Of a stretch of 64,000 nt of DNA, positions 1-11,118 are shown in pieces. Source of the stretch: Zancudomyces culisetae HAW-14-8 (Eukaryota; Fungi; Kickxellomycota). The notes beneath the pieces were generated by a model. That model did no database searches, was not told where the DNA came from, and saw nothing but the letters and a program-made list of their open reading frames with translations. The stretch spans positions 558,001-622,000 of the forward strand of contig JBNJNM010000014.1 of NCBI GenBank assembly GCA_052426225.1, given 5' to 3'. The translations under genes were made by a program, and so were the position numbers. Position 1 is the stretch's first letter; every line of letters begins with the position of its first letter.

Positions 1-1404
1 AAAGGGAAAAGGAAAAGGGAATAATACCTGGAGAGAATGGTTATACAACTCGTCTGTGGATTGTTTGTTAGGCAAGTTTATGCAAATCTCGTTTAGTGCT
101 TTTACCAAATGATAGTCACTTGTTTCTAAATCAAAATTCAGATGTTCAACAAGTTAGGCCAAATACAAAAAGTGATACCTTTGCACAAATGTTTGTTTAA
201 AACTCTAGAAACGTGCATTTTTCTTGTAGTATAAAAATAATCCAAGCATCAATTATAGCGATATCAAAATATAATAATGTACCTTTAACTTGTCCAGACA
301 ACACAGTGTCAATGTAATTTCTCAGGCCTAGTAAATTGTTCCTTAGCATCTGAACAGCCGAAATTTGATTTTCTACGTTCTCCACTATTCCCGAATATTC
401 AAGGATATGAGCTCTGTTTCCAATCACCACCTCTCACCAAAGAAAATACTATTTGAAATTAAAAAAAAATACGAGAATTCTTACTTTGAGTTACGACTTC
501 GTTCTCGTTTCCTTCGGTATTGGCTGAATTTGTTATCTCATCCAATGCAACAAACTCTGCGACATCCGACTTTAGTTCAAGAGGAATGCTTTCAAAGTGT
601 GGAGGCTGGCCTTCTTGGTCCTCAGTTAACACGTAGGCACAAAAATACTTTGATACATCACTTTTGGCAATGTTGTTAATGCCGCCTTCTGTATTGATGT
701 CATTGTGGTCAATACTTGCGTGTAAATACACCAATTTCTTGTCTGGTTTCGATAGCTAAGTACAATGGTATTAGAGCTTTTGTCATTATCTTTTTATACT
801 CGATGAAACCTTGCAAGACAAAATGGACTTTGGGTACAAAATGTTTAGAAAATTTGTATGTTGGAATTCCTACTCACCTGCTTGTGGATAGAAAGCACGA
901 GCTCATCAGGAAGTTTCTTTAAATTATTTGAGTACCATCCCACAATTTGATCATTTTGAAAAATGCTCTTGTCTACAAATAACCAACTTGGAAATATTAT
1001 CTTGCGCGCAAGCTTTTGACTGAATAATGTTTTGTGAATCACATTTATCTATTTTCAGTGCAATTTATGGGTCATATAAACCCGATACTTACGATGTTCA
1101 ACTCTTTCTTCAAGATATTCTTTGTTTATTCCGTCGAATTTAAGATCTAAAATAAATGAATATTTGGCCTCATGTTCCGTTTCATTCTTTTTCCCCAATA
1201 ACAAACCCACTATATTTGAAACTACACCCTCTAATTGACAATTTCCAAACTGTGTTAGTTATATTAGTCCTCCTTTTTTTTCATGCTCCACTATATATGC
1301 TTTGTATGTAGACAAAAAATACTAGATGTTTTACCGTGTTTTTTGTAAATACGGGCCCGGTTAATGTGGTCAACAATCGAAATTATGGTGATCGGATGAC
1401 TATA
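1..1404 (-). CDS. CSN6: COP9 signalosome subunit 6 (MPN domain), multi-exon; start codon unresolved, 3' end runs off the window
   Basis: Manually joined exons give HPITIISIVDHINRAR (~1404-1337), VGLLLGKK..INKEYLEERVEH (~1210-1093), IVGWYS..LSIHKQ, FESIPLELKSDVAEFVALDEI, QISAVQMLRNNLLGLRNYI and YHLVKALNEICINLP. These are collinear with CSN6 motifs (HPLVILNISDH, VIGALIGKQ, FLGWY, LATEEAERIGVDHV, HSAIKML). GTAAGT/GTGAGT donors are present. Confidence 0.75.
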
Positions 1405-2710
1405 GGTTCAGTTTCAGACAGTTTGCTTTAAGAGAAATATAACAAATCAAATATTATAAAAAAAGAAAAAGAATAAAGGTGTGGGCATTATTTACATTCC
1501 GAGTTTCTTGGGTGGTAGGGTTGATTGAACTTGCTCTGGCCCAGTACACATTTGTACAATTCGTATTCTGCTCTATTATTTTTGTTTGGGTATGTATTTA
1601 TGTTACCCTTGGTCTCTTTGGTTTTCCTTGTTTTCAAAAAAATCCAATTATGTTTATGTATTTACAGCGTAAAGATATATAATTCAAAGGGTGGAATTTT
1701 CCTAGCTATATATACGACTTGCTCTGGAGTTTATCCTAATTGTACTATCATGTCCTCAATTTATTAAAGTTCAATTAAATAAACTGATCTTTGCAATTCC
1801 TGAATGCTCCGCAGCCAAAAAAAAAAACGATAATATTCTGACTAATTTGGTTGTTCATTGGCTATATGCACCATATGCCAAAAAATAAACATGATTTTGA
1901 CAGTATTTCCAATTTCCTGTCATCTTTTTTTATATTTTACTAGAGAAAAACATGTTGTCAAACTTACCAAGAGTATTAATGGAATATGACTATGTTGGAA
2001 CACATAGCATAATGAAGAAAACAAGGTGTTGCAAGATGTTACGCTCTAATAAAATGTGTATAAAACAAGTAACGGTGCTAGCTATAGTAATTTTTTTAAG
2101 CTTCTTTGGAACTCTGGTGCATGGGCAAGTCATGTACATTAGTTTTGTAAAAGTGGCATTATTGTTTTAGGCTCTTTTAAAAGCTGGAGAGTGATTTTCC
2201 GTCATGTGTAATACCTGCACATGTCACTAATTCTCGTCTTTGATGACATATCCAAATTTTTGTTGTTGTTTTATTCATAAATATATCAATGCTATTACTA
2301 CTCCTCCACACCCTCTGGTAGCTGATACAAGCTAACGGTATTCGAATTAGAGCCTCTTTTCCTTCTTTTCCTTTCTTTCCCCTTCTTTTTTCTTTTTTCT
2401 TTTTTCATTTATTTTCTTTTTCCTTATTTTCTGAAGGGAATGAGGAATAGACGTAAAACCAAACCCAGTACTTCCAACCTATTGGCAACCAGATTTCTAT
2501 AACTTGTAACACAGTAGATTTGCAATACGATTATTACTGGGCCTATTATTTTTCTCTCTTCCCATCTATTTTCTAGTTTATGACTGTTCAGCAACATTAT
2601 AGAAAAATGCTGCGCCTTTGCCAAGAGGTATAAAAAGCATTTATTTACAAGTTTTGTCCTGTTGTTCTACAAATACTATACTTTGTCTCATAAAACATAC
2701 AAGACATATA

Positions 2711-3538
2711 ATGAGTTTTCTGTTAGGCTGTTTTTGCATTGCACTTCTTGTGCTGGTTTACCTGTATCAAGGAGAAGCAATATTGAGTAGGATTAGACAC
2801 AAGTTATTCAGCTTGTTTTGGCATTCTAATGGAGCAAAGGTGGATGGCCAACTGACAGAAATCAAACGCGACTTGTACCGCGATGTTTCTGGAAACGTTC
2901 TTGAATTCGGTTCAGGGATCGGAAACACGCTCAAGTATCTAGACTTGGATAAAGTCAGCAACTATCTGGCGGTTGAGCCTAACGTTTACTTTCACAAGGA
3001 TATTGAAGCAGAAGCGATAAAATGTGGGTTTTCCGTCAAACATATCAGCGACGACGACATTAGGCTCAGTCTATTGTCCGAAAAAGTAAAAAAAACCAGT
3101 GATAAACCATGTTTATATATTTACGGACGGGGTTTAGATAAAAGCCCGGAAACAGAGGCATTGGCAAATGCCTTTAGACAGTTTGATTCAATAATCTCGT
3201 CATTTGTGCTCTGTTCGGTAGAAAGTGTAGATAATACGCTATCCATTATCGCAAACTTTTTGTCAAGTTCGGGAAAATTCTATTATATTGAACATGTACA
3301 TGGCAATAAACACGGCTCGCATGGCTCACATGGCCAAAACAAATTCCACTACATTCAACAGATCGCCGCCCTGTTATTCCGGGCTTTTCAGGGGCATTAT
3401 CACCAAAACAAAGATACAAGTGAATTACTCAAAGATACCAACCTCTTTAAAAACGTAGTAGCTACAAGGACATTAGTAGCGAATCATGGACATGGTGGTC
3501 ATATTCCTGTGGTCTATGGATATGCAGAAAGATTATAA
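2711..3538 (+). CDS. METTL7/TMT1-like SAM-dependent methyltransferase with N-terminal membrane anchor
   Basis: Motif I VLEFGSGIGN, VEPN, FDSIISSFVLCSV, GKFYYIEH; hydrophobic N-terminus. First ATG is 2711, ~80 nt after a TATAAAAAG at 2629; the track's 2618 start is TTG. Confidence 0.85.
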   Translation: MSFLLGCFCIALLVLVYLYQGEAILSRIRHKLFSLFWHSNGAKVDGQLTEIKRDLYRDVSGNVLEFGSGIGNTLKYLDLDKVSNYLAVEPNVYFHKDIEAEAIKCGFSVKHISDDDIRLSLLSEKVKKTSDKPCLYIYGRGLDKSPETEALANAFRQFDSIISSFVLCSVESVDNTLSIIANFLSSSGKFYYIEHVHGNKHGSHGSHGQNKFHYIQQIAALLFRAFQGHYHQNKDTSELLKDTNLFKNVVATRTLVANHGHGGHIPVVYGYAERL

Positions 3539-4386
3539 CCCTTATGTTTATCTATTTATTTATTCTAATTTTTTTTCCTTTTCTGTTTTGGTAGCTTTAA
3601 TCACTATATTTATCCTTTTATTCTTTTAAACGAAATATAAAACAAATAGAAAGAAAGTTGCCTTTAACTTGAATCGATAAGGGCTCTACCCTATCATTAA
3701 AAGTTTTGATTTTCAAAAAAAAGTGAATCTTTATTATGATTCCGTTTTTCATTAAAATATGCATTAAATTAAATCGGATCACAGGGTACCCGTATTTTTC
3801 TTGATATTTTATTACTCTCTTACTCTTCAGTAGCCGTTCAAGCTGAGTCATCGTGTTTGAAAATCAGAATACGAGTAGTTTGACACGTTTTTGGTTTTTT
3901 TCATTTTCTACTAGCATGGTCCAAATACATGTGTATATAAAGACGTAAAATGTGGTTCGAATATACTCGAAAATGTTAAAACACGTGGTGAATGATAAAA
4001 TATATTGATCACCATTTATTGATGAGTAACAAAAACCCAAGTATGATGGGTTTTTATAATTTTCATTTTCAGAGCAATATTGATGTATAAGAATATAAGG
4101 AAATATACTGATTTGAATTGTTATTGTTATTGTTATTATTATTGGTATTGGAGTGGGAACCAATGTATGGTGAAGGTTGGATGATGTGTGTGTGTGTTAG
4201 TATCTTTATTTTTGAACTAAGGTTAGTACACGTTGCTGAAATTTAAAATTTATATTCAGAATACTTGTCTAACTTTGGTAAAACAGATAGGTAATTATGT
4301 ACGATGGAGAACGAGATGAAACAAAATAAGGGGTGAAAACACATGATTTAAATCTCGGTAACTACAGCTTTTTATACAGATGAACG

Positions 4387-4399
4387 CTTATCAGATAAG
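4387..4399. promoter_or_regulatory. Palindromic GATA box CTTATCAGATAAG (SreA/Urbs1/Fep1-type ATCWGATAA iron-repressor site)
   Basis: Exact ATCAGATAA with an overlapping inverted GATAA, upstream of the siderophore synthetase. Confidence 0.65.
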
Positions 4400-4510
4400 T
4401 TTCGTAACCCAATAACTCTAACACGAGCAGTTTTACAAGCTTCCAATGGTTGATTTTTTTAGAGAAAAGGAATACCAGCTAAAGAATTTCCCTGGAGTGG
4501 GTTTTTTCTA

Positions 4511-4519
4511 ATCAGATAA
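4511..4519 (+). promoter_or_regulatory. Second ATCAGATAA iron-repressor GATA box
   Basis: Exact consensus match ~120 bp from the first box; TATAAAAG follows at ~4907. Confidence 0.6.
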
Positions 4520-5269
4520 GAAAGCAATGTGCTAATTAACCTGCTTGATTAATAATCACAATTTCATCTACCTATTGGAGACCTAGAAGAGAAAAAAATT
4601 CATTGAAAAATGGCAATTTGAGCCAAGCTTCAGTGTTATAGGAGGCTTTTGGTTAAGGAACAAGAAATTAGCATCATATTATTCGCACAAAATAGTGTTG
4701 CCTTTTCTTTGTTTTTCTTTGCCATAAAATTACAGTTTTAGCATTTCCAAAGTCTTTTTCTTTCGAATCAGCTAATTCCGCTGATTTTGATTACAAAATT
4801 TTCTTGTGATTTGTGAGCAAGTATTAAATAACAAAGAGAAAAGTCATAACCCTAATAACCACAAGTTAATAGTCAAAAAATTTTTTCGTTCAAACTCTGC
4901 CCATGGTATAAAAGCACAAGGAAACGGCCTTCTTAACCCCAGGTTAGTATAAACAATAACATCACACTCTATATTTCGGTTCTTCAAAAGTTTTCCAGTA
5001 CAGTAGTATTAGTATACCTTTCTGGACCTTGAATTTTTTTTTTTGATCTTTCAAGAAAACAAAAAGGAAAACAGGACCTTAACCCGCCTCTTTGAAGGGA
5101 GCTTCCTTTACTTTAAAAATAAAGTACATAGCTAGCGTTCGACCAGTAAACAACAAGGCCTCATATTTATTTAGGAGCATAAAAGTGATTATACCATTAG
5201 AAATAACTATATTATTAAAAGTATCACCACGAATACAAGCAGGGATAAAACGAGAAAGGAAAACCAACC

Positions 5270-7501
5270 ATGACGATAGACAATAACCAAATCAATTCAA
5301 AAATACAAGGTATAGTACAGGAAGTTTCAAGCCTGATTGATAAACACCAAAAAATACTTGATTCCAAGAAATTGGCAAACCGTGCTACGATTTCAAGACT
5401 AATATCGTGCGCAATCAATGAGAAACTGGTAAATGGGTACTTGTACTGCACAAACGAGCTAGGTAGTTTTATTGATAGCCAGCTTGCAACAGAAGGAAAA
5501 TATAATACTGGTGTATCTTCTACCAGAAAAAATGCCAAATTGGTGGTGACAAGGCGTTTTGTGGTAGCGGCCAGCAGTAGCGACGATTCTGAAAATGAGG
5601 GAAACGACCAAAGAACAGTAGAATTTGATATGATTGAGAACAATCTTGAACTTGAGCACCCATTGGATGGAAAGATATTTGTTTTCGAGGTTTCGAACAT
5701 TCCATTCTTAGAAAAGGCTGTTGAAAATCATGTTTACAAAGTTGGGCTCATGGATCCAGAGGAAATATCACATCACTACTATCATGCCGATTTAGCACCG
5801 TTGGTAAATTGTAACAGCATATCGAACTGTATCCAAGAGTTGGAGACTCCAGAGTTGCTAATGAGGACTATTAGCGAATGGCAGGGCTTCAAGGACCAAG
5901 AAAATATAAATAGCCTATGCAGAGAACTGATGAGCTCTGTCGAGCACCAGGAACATGTCTATGAAAACAGGCCTAGGGATCCTGATCTTGAAACATGGAA
6001 GGCCATAGACTGGGAAACCTCAATTGTAGAGGGACATGCCACCCATCCCATGCATAGAACAAGGTTTACAATACCACCATTGGAGAAGCTAGACGTATCT
6101 GCAAACATATACGAAGCAGAGGTTGTGTTTGTTAGTATAAAGAGGGAAAATGTCATCATCAGTGGAAGTTATGAAGAACTTACTGCTCCATTGCTGAGAG
6201 CTGCAAAATTTGATCCTAAATATCTTTATCTCACCGAAAAAAAGCTCGATACAAAAGCAAGTCGTGTCGGAGAAGCGTACGGCAAAGAAATGACGGAGCT
6301 TGTAGACTTGACGGATAGAGTTATCTTGCCCGTTCATAAACTTCAGATTCCAGCAGTGAAACTTAAATTTGGTAACGAAGTAGAGTTTCTACCATATTCG
6401 GTCTCAGCGAGGGGACAGGCATCTGTACGTACGCTGGCACTAGAATCCCTTTACCAAGTCGGAAGATGTATTAAGCTTCCAATAGCTATAAAGATTACAT
6501 CTGCATTAAGAACGGTGACACCGTGGTCCACATTTATCGGACCAAACATTGACAGACTGGTACCAGTTTTAAAGCAGTTGAATGTCAAATTTTTGCAAGA
6601 GATTGGTTCTGAGCATAGAAATGTGCTAAAGATAGCATCTGAACCAGCAAGTATAGTTTATAAGAGCGATGATTTTGATTTGGCAAAACACCTGGCATGC
6701 ATTGTTAGAGATGATATGGAGTATATTGTAAATAGGGAGAATGCCGGGAAAACGGGTGGATGTGAAAAGGTAATAGTGTGTGCAGCACTTACAGAAAAGA
6801 ACTCGAAGGGTATTCCAAACGTGATTGACAGCTTTGGACTATACACTAAAGAATCTCGGGTGAGGTTTTTGGATCAGTATTCGGATATATTCTTTGCATG
6901 TTTTGTTCCACCAATGATAAAGTATGGGTGGTCATACGAGGCACACCAGCAAAACGTAGCTGTTGTGGTCTCAATTAGTGATAACTCGGATAAGGAAATT
7001 AACGGTATGAACAAATTCAATGAGAGTGGGAATAAAGGTATTGCTTCGAAAAATGTAAATGTTACTGGGTTTGTTGCTAGAGACTTTGGAGGAATAAAGG
7101 TACACCTTCCAACACTCAGAAAGGTACTACATGAAAACAGGGACATGATAAACAGCGATGATGAGCGGTATTATGACCTGGAGATGCTTCCAGACTCTTG
7201 TACAGAAGCGTATACTATGAATGAAGTGTACAAGCTGGGTTACCATACAATGATTCAGTGTCAGATGTACCGGCTAGTAAGAGCATTGGATTTACACTAT
7301 TGTGGAACAGGTTGGAGCATAGTCAGAAAAAATCTAGAAAAATACGCAGTTCTTCCTGAAGCCGGAGGAAACAAGCCACATCAGTTATTGGATAACTGGT
7401 ACAGCCAAAGAGTCAACTTGAAGTGCTTTATAAAAATGAAGCTGGATAGTTTGTACAGGGATTACATTTATGAAAGCGTGCCTAATGTTTTGTTGATGTA
7501 G
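5270..7501 (+). CDS. IucA/IucC-family NRPS-independent siderophore synthetase (rhizoferrin synthetase Rfs-like)
   Basis: EGHATHPMHRTR, LPVHKLQ, QASVRTL, IKLPIAIKITSALRTV, EAHQQN and RDFGG are NIS synthetase motifs; 743-aa uninterrupted ORF. Confidence 0.92.
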   Translation: MTIDNNQINSKIQGIVQEVSSLIDKHQKILDSKKLANRATISRLISCAINEKLVNGYLYCTNELGSFIDSQLATEGKYNTGVSSTRKNAKLVVTRRFVVAASSSDDSENEGNDQRTVEFDMIENNLELEHPLDGKIFVFEVSNIPFLEKAVENHVYKVGLMDPEEISHHYYHADLAPLVNCNSISNCIQELETPELLMRTISEWQGFKDQENINSLCRELMSSVEHQEHVYENRPRDPDLETWKAIDWETSIVEGHATHPMHRTRFTIPPLEKLDVSANIYEAEVVFVSIKRENVIISGSYEELTAPLLRAAKFDPKYLYLTEKKLDTKASRVGEAYGKEMTELVDLTDRVILPVHKLQIPAVKLKFGNEVEFLPYSVSARGQASVRTLALESLYQVGRCIKLPIAIKITSALRTVTPWSTFIGPNIDRLVPVLKQLNVKFLQEIGSEHRNVLKIASEPASIVYKSDDFDLAKHLACIVRDDMEYIVNRENAGKTGGCEKVIVCAALTEKNSKGIPNVIDSFGLYTKESRVRFLDQYSDIFFACFVPPMIKYGWSYEAHQQNVAVVVSISDNSDKEINGMNKFNESGNKGIASKNVNVTGFVARDFGGIKVHLPTLRKVLHENRDMINSDDERYYDLEMLPDSCTEAYTMNEVYKLGYHTMIQCQMYRLVRALDLHYCGTGWSIVRKNLEKYAVLPEAGGNKPHQLLDNWYSQRVNLKCFIKMKLDSLYRDYIYESVPNVLLM

Positions 7502-8585
7502 AACATGTACCTGAGAGTGGAAGTGAAGGGGTTGGAGATTTTTTATTATGATTGTTTTTGGCTTTGTCTTTGGCTTTACCTTTGCCTTTGCCTTTGTCTT
7601 TACCTTGCCTTTTCCTTTTTTTTCTTTTTAGTTATTTTTAATATGCATACTTATAACATTCTACTTCGCGCTTTGAAATGCTAATACAAACGGCTCGTCC
7701 AGTTAAATGATTTCTTCTACGTTTTTGGTTTATTTTACTGTCTTTGAAAGTTTGAAAGGTAGAAAGGGGTGGGTGAATTTAATAGCTAGAGTATGAAAAT
7801 GATACAAACGGTTTTCAAATAGCGGAACTAAAGTGTAAAATATCATCATTACTCATTTTTAATTTCGGCCTTAAGTGGAGTTTAATTGTCAAATTCTTGT
7901 GGGTGTAGGGTTGTTTGTAATTGCAGAATGCAGGTATATTATCATTAATAAAAATAGAATGCAGAGTAGCCAACTCTTTTATTTAGGTTCCATTACTTTT
8001 TATGATAATCTACTTTGACTTGCTAAATAACATATTCAGAGATATTAAATGCAAACCTTCAACAGTAATAAATGCTATTTAGCGCCAATAATGGGTAGTA
8101 AAATGACAGAAAAATGAATAAAGAGAATTATGGGCTTAAAATTACCAACGATGTAATATTCATGGTAATGGGGATAGTGGTAACATCTTGTTGATTGTAG
8201 TAACAATGAAACTATAGATTATAGCTGCTTCATACTTTAACCCCTCATAAACTGTGGTTCCAATAAGGAGCATTTTCAGACTAACCATCAACCCCGCCAT
8301 TGTTTAAACAATCAAGTTACTGATTAATTCCAGTAGTAAGTTTGATTTAAATTGTTTCACCAAGTGTGGGTACCAAAAACCAAAGGCCAATTCCATACTA
8401 CGATATCTAGGTATTAAATACTAAAAACAATAATACTTGGTAATTCAAACTTAGAGAAGAGGGAGTATTGAGAACCAGAAAAGGTATAAAAGCATAATCA
8501 ATTTACCAGGTTTTGGATTTCAATAAGTTTGAGACAAAATCACTTGATACACACAAAACAAAACAGAATTCAGAAACACTACACA

Positions 8586-9122
8586 ATGAAATCACTAACA
8601 GTTACATTGGCTATGTTGGCAATCCAAGCTGGATTGGCTATTGCAGGACGTGATAGTGGAAGAGGAGGAAGCCACGGAGGTGGCCGTGATAGAGGAAGAG
8701 GTCGTGGTGGATATGGTCGCCACGGAAGACACCGATACTGGAGAGATGGAAGATGGTATGACTACCCAGTTGCATACGCAGTTGCAGTTCCAGTTGTAGT
8801 AGGTGCAGGTGCAGTGATTGGAGCAGGAGTTGGAGCAGGAGTTGGAGGAGGTTATGGAAACGGATATGATAATGGATATGGCGGTTCCATGCCAGAGGCC
8901 AACTACGAGTCTGTAAATGACAGAAAAAAGCCAAAGCCAGAACCAAAGCCAGAGCCAGAGCCAGAAGTAGAGCCAGAAGTGGAGCCAGAAAATGAAACCG
9001 ATAACTATGGAAAAAAGCCAGAACCCGAGTATAAAGCCAATGGTTATGAAAAAAAACCAGAGCCAAAATACTCAGCTGATGATAAAAAAAAACCACAACC
9101 CGTATATGCAACTAAATACTGA
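8586..9122 (+). CDS. Small secreted Gly/Arg-rich protein with PEPK repeats (paralog of 39777-40310)
   Basis: Signal peptide MKSLTVTLAMLAIQAGLAIAG; shared core HRYWRxGxWYDYPVAYAVAVPV; TATAAAAG at ~8485. Confidence 0.85.
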   Translation: MKSLTVTLAMLAIQAGLAIAGRDSGRGGSHGGGRDRGRGRGGYGRHGRHRYWRDGRWYDYPVAYAVAVPVVVGAGAVIGAGVGAGVGGGYGNGYDNGYGGSMPEANYESVNDRKKPKPEPKPEPEPEVEPEVEPENETDNYGKKPEPEYKANGYEKKPEPKYSADDKKKPQPVYATKY

Positions 9123-9738
9123 GTCAAAGTAAAGCATGTGGGTGTTTAACTGCCTCCAAAACATTACCCAACATAGAGAAGAAATGAACACAAAGATAAA
9201 TATGAATATAAACGGGACGGTGAAAGAGGTGGTGGTTGAAGGGGAGGGGGGGTGTGTGCGGATATACAGCAGACAACCAGTTCCTTGCTTTGGCAGCGCA
9301 CCAGCACAAGTACTAAATTAAGGCAACAAAATATTTTTTTTATAGGTTGTATTGTTATTTAAACTAGGGCTTTATACTTTTTTTACGTCTGACTTTTTCA
9401 GTCAATTATTGATATATCCAGATCTAACGCGATTTCCTTATAAAAAAGAGTTGATGATCCAATAAACCCTGAAGTTTTAGTTAAAGTTAGTTTATTGTTC
9501 ATGTTTTGAAACTTTGGCGATATTGCGAATGTTGATGGTTTAGAGTATTAGAAGAGCCAATACGGTGGTTGTCGTGTTTTGTTTTGGTGTTTAGATTTAG
9601 GTTTACAGAGGACATTTTCAAAGTCATATTCCTGAAATTCTTGTCAAAAAAATCGACTAGATTTGGATAATTAACAAAACAGGAATTATAATAATTGGAA
9701 AAAGAGTATAACAAATAGTAGATTAATTAAATAGCAAA

Positions 9739-11118
9739 ATGGAGCAAGGCAATGAGGACGGGAAAAAACAGTAAGAAGAATTCAGTACTTGGATTAACTT
9801 TCTTCAGATAAACATTAGAAAAGTAACTATAGAAAGGATATTGAAATCAAAATCTAGGTTGACACAGGATGATTTTCGAAAGCTGTTATCAACACCACGA
9901 AGAACAGATGACGAGCAAAGTGTCAATATGGGGCGGTATAGGAAGAGAGGGGGTACAATAGGAGGGGATTTAACAGAAATGAAAAAGAAGATATGGTAAA
10001 GTTAGCAGATATTACATTTCCTTTTGTTTTAAATTCTAGTTTAGAATTAGAAAAAAAAGACATAAAAGCCAGAAAGAAAGAGAAAGAGATTCGAAAAGAT
10101 TAAAACAAATCTATAAAGGAGGTAAATGATGTGACAACATAAATAGGATAGGTACAGATAACCGAGAGGAGGATCAAGGGTTTGTAAAACCCACTAGAAC
10201 AAAAAGGCTAAAAGTGTATGTTTTTATGAGGTTTATTTTTAAATTTTAACTAAGGGGATGAAGAGGGCGAGCAGGAGCAGAGAATATGTATAAAACGATG
10301 GGTAAAAAAAAATGGAAAATAGGGGGAAAAAAGAGACACAAAGAGAGGAATGGCAGGAGAAATACAGGGATAGAGCAAAAGAGAGGAGAGAGGGAAAAAT
10401 ACCAGCAGGACTTTATGAGGGGAGCAATTTATATGGGAATGAGATAAGTAAAAGCGGTATTATTAGTGGTGGAATACATTTGAATACGATTACAGCAACT
10501 GAAGATAGAAAAAGTGAAGGAAATGTGATGATGGAAGAAAGTACGAGAACATACAAGAGTACCGAGACTCAAAACGAAAAAATCGGGGATTTATCGAAGG
10601 ATCAAGAGAAAGGAGCTGTAAGTGAACTCGGAAAGCGGGTACTGGCAGCTCTTGAGAGGAGTAGACGAAAAAAACAAGGTGTGAAAATTGGTGGTGAAGT
10701 ATCAGTGAATGAGCTGTTTTTGCCATATAGAATGTACTACAAGATAGAAAAAAATGAGATTAAAATGATTATTAGAAGCAAGATTGAGCAACGAGAAAAA
10801 CAGATACAGGAAGAGCAGGAGATGGGATATACAGGAGAAGGAGAAGGAGAAAAAGAACTAGAGAAGGAGATGTTTAATAAGATCAAGAAGAGTTTCAAAG
10901 AAGCAAGACGAAAAAACAGGTGGAAAAGAAACCAAGAGGATCAGATTGAAGAGGAAAAAGTGGAAAAAAATGGAGAGATGAGTGTGGAAATACAGGAGAA
11001 AAAACAAAATAGTAGACAAGAAAATACAAGAAAAAGTACTGAAAAGGAGGTAGTAGCGTTTAATGAAGAGGAAGATGATATATTTGGTGAAGCAGGAAGA
11101 GAGTATAACTTAGAATGA
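9739..11118 (+). CDS. Protein RED/IK-like spliceosomal factor (RED_N), multi-exon 5' part
   Basis: ATG 9739, intron from 9771; exon LTQDDFRKLLSTPR; then YRDRAKERREG, NELFLPYRMYY and DDIFGEAGREY, all RED-family motifs. Internal exons not fully resolved. Confidence 0.8.
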
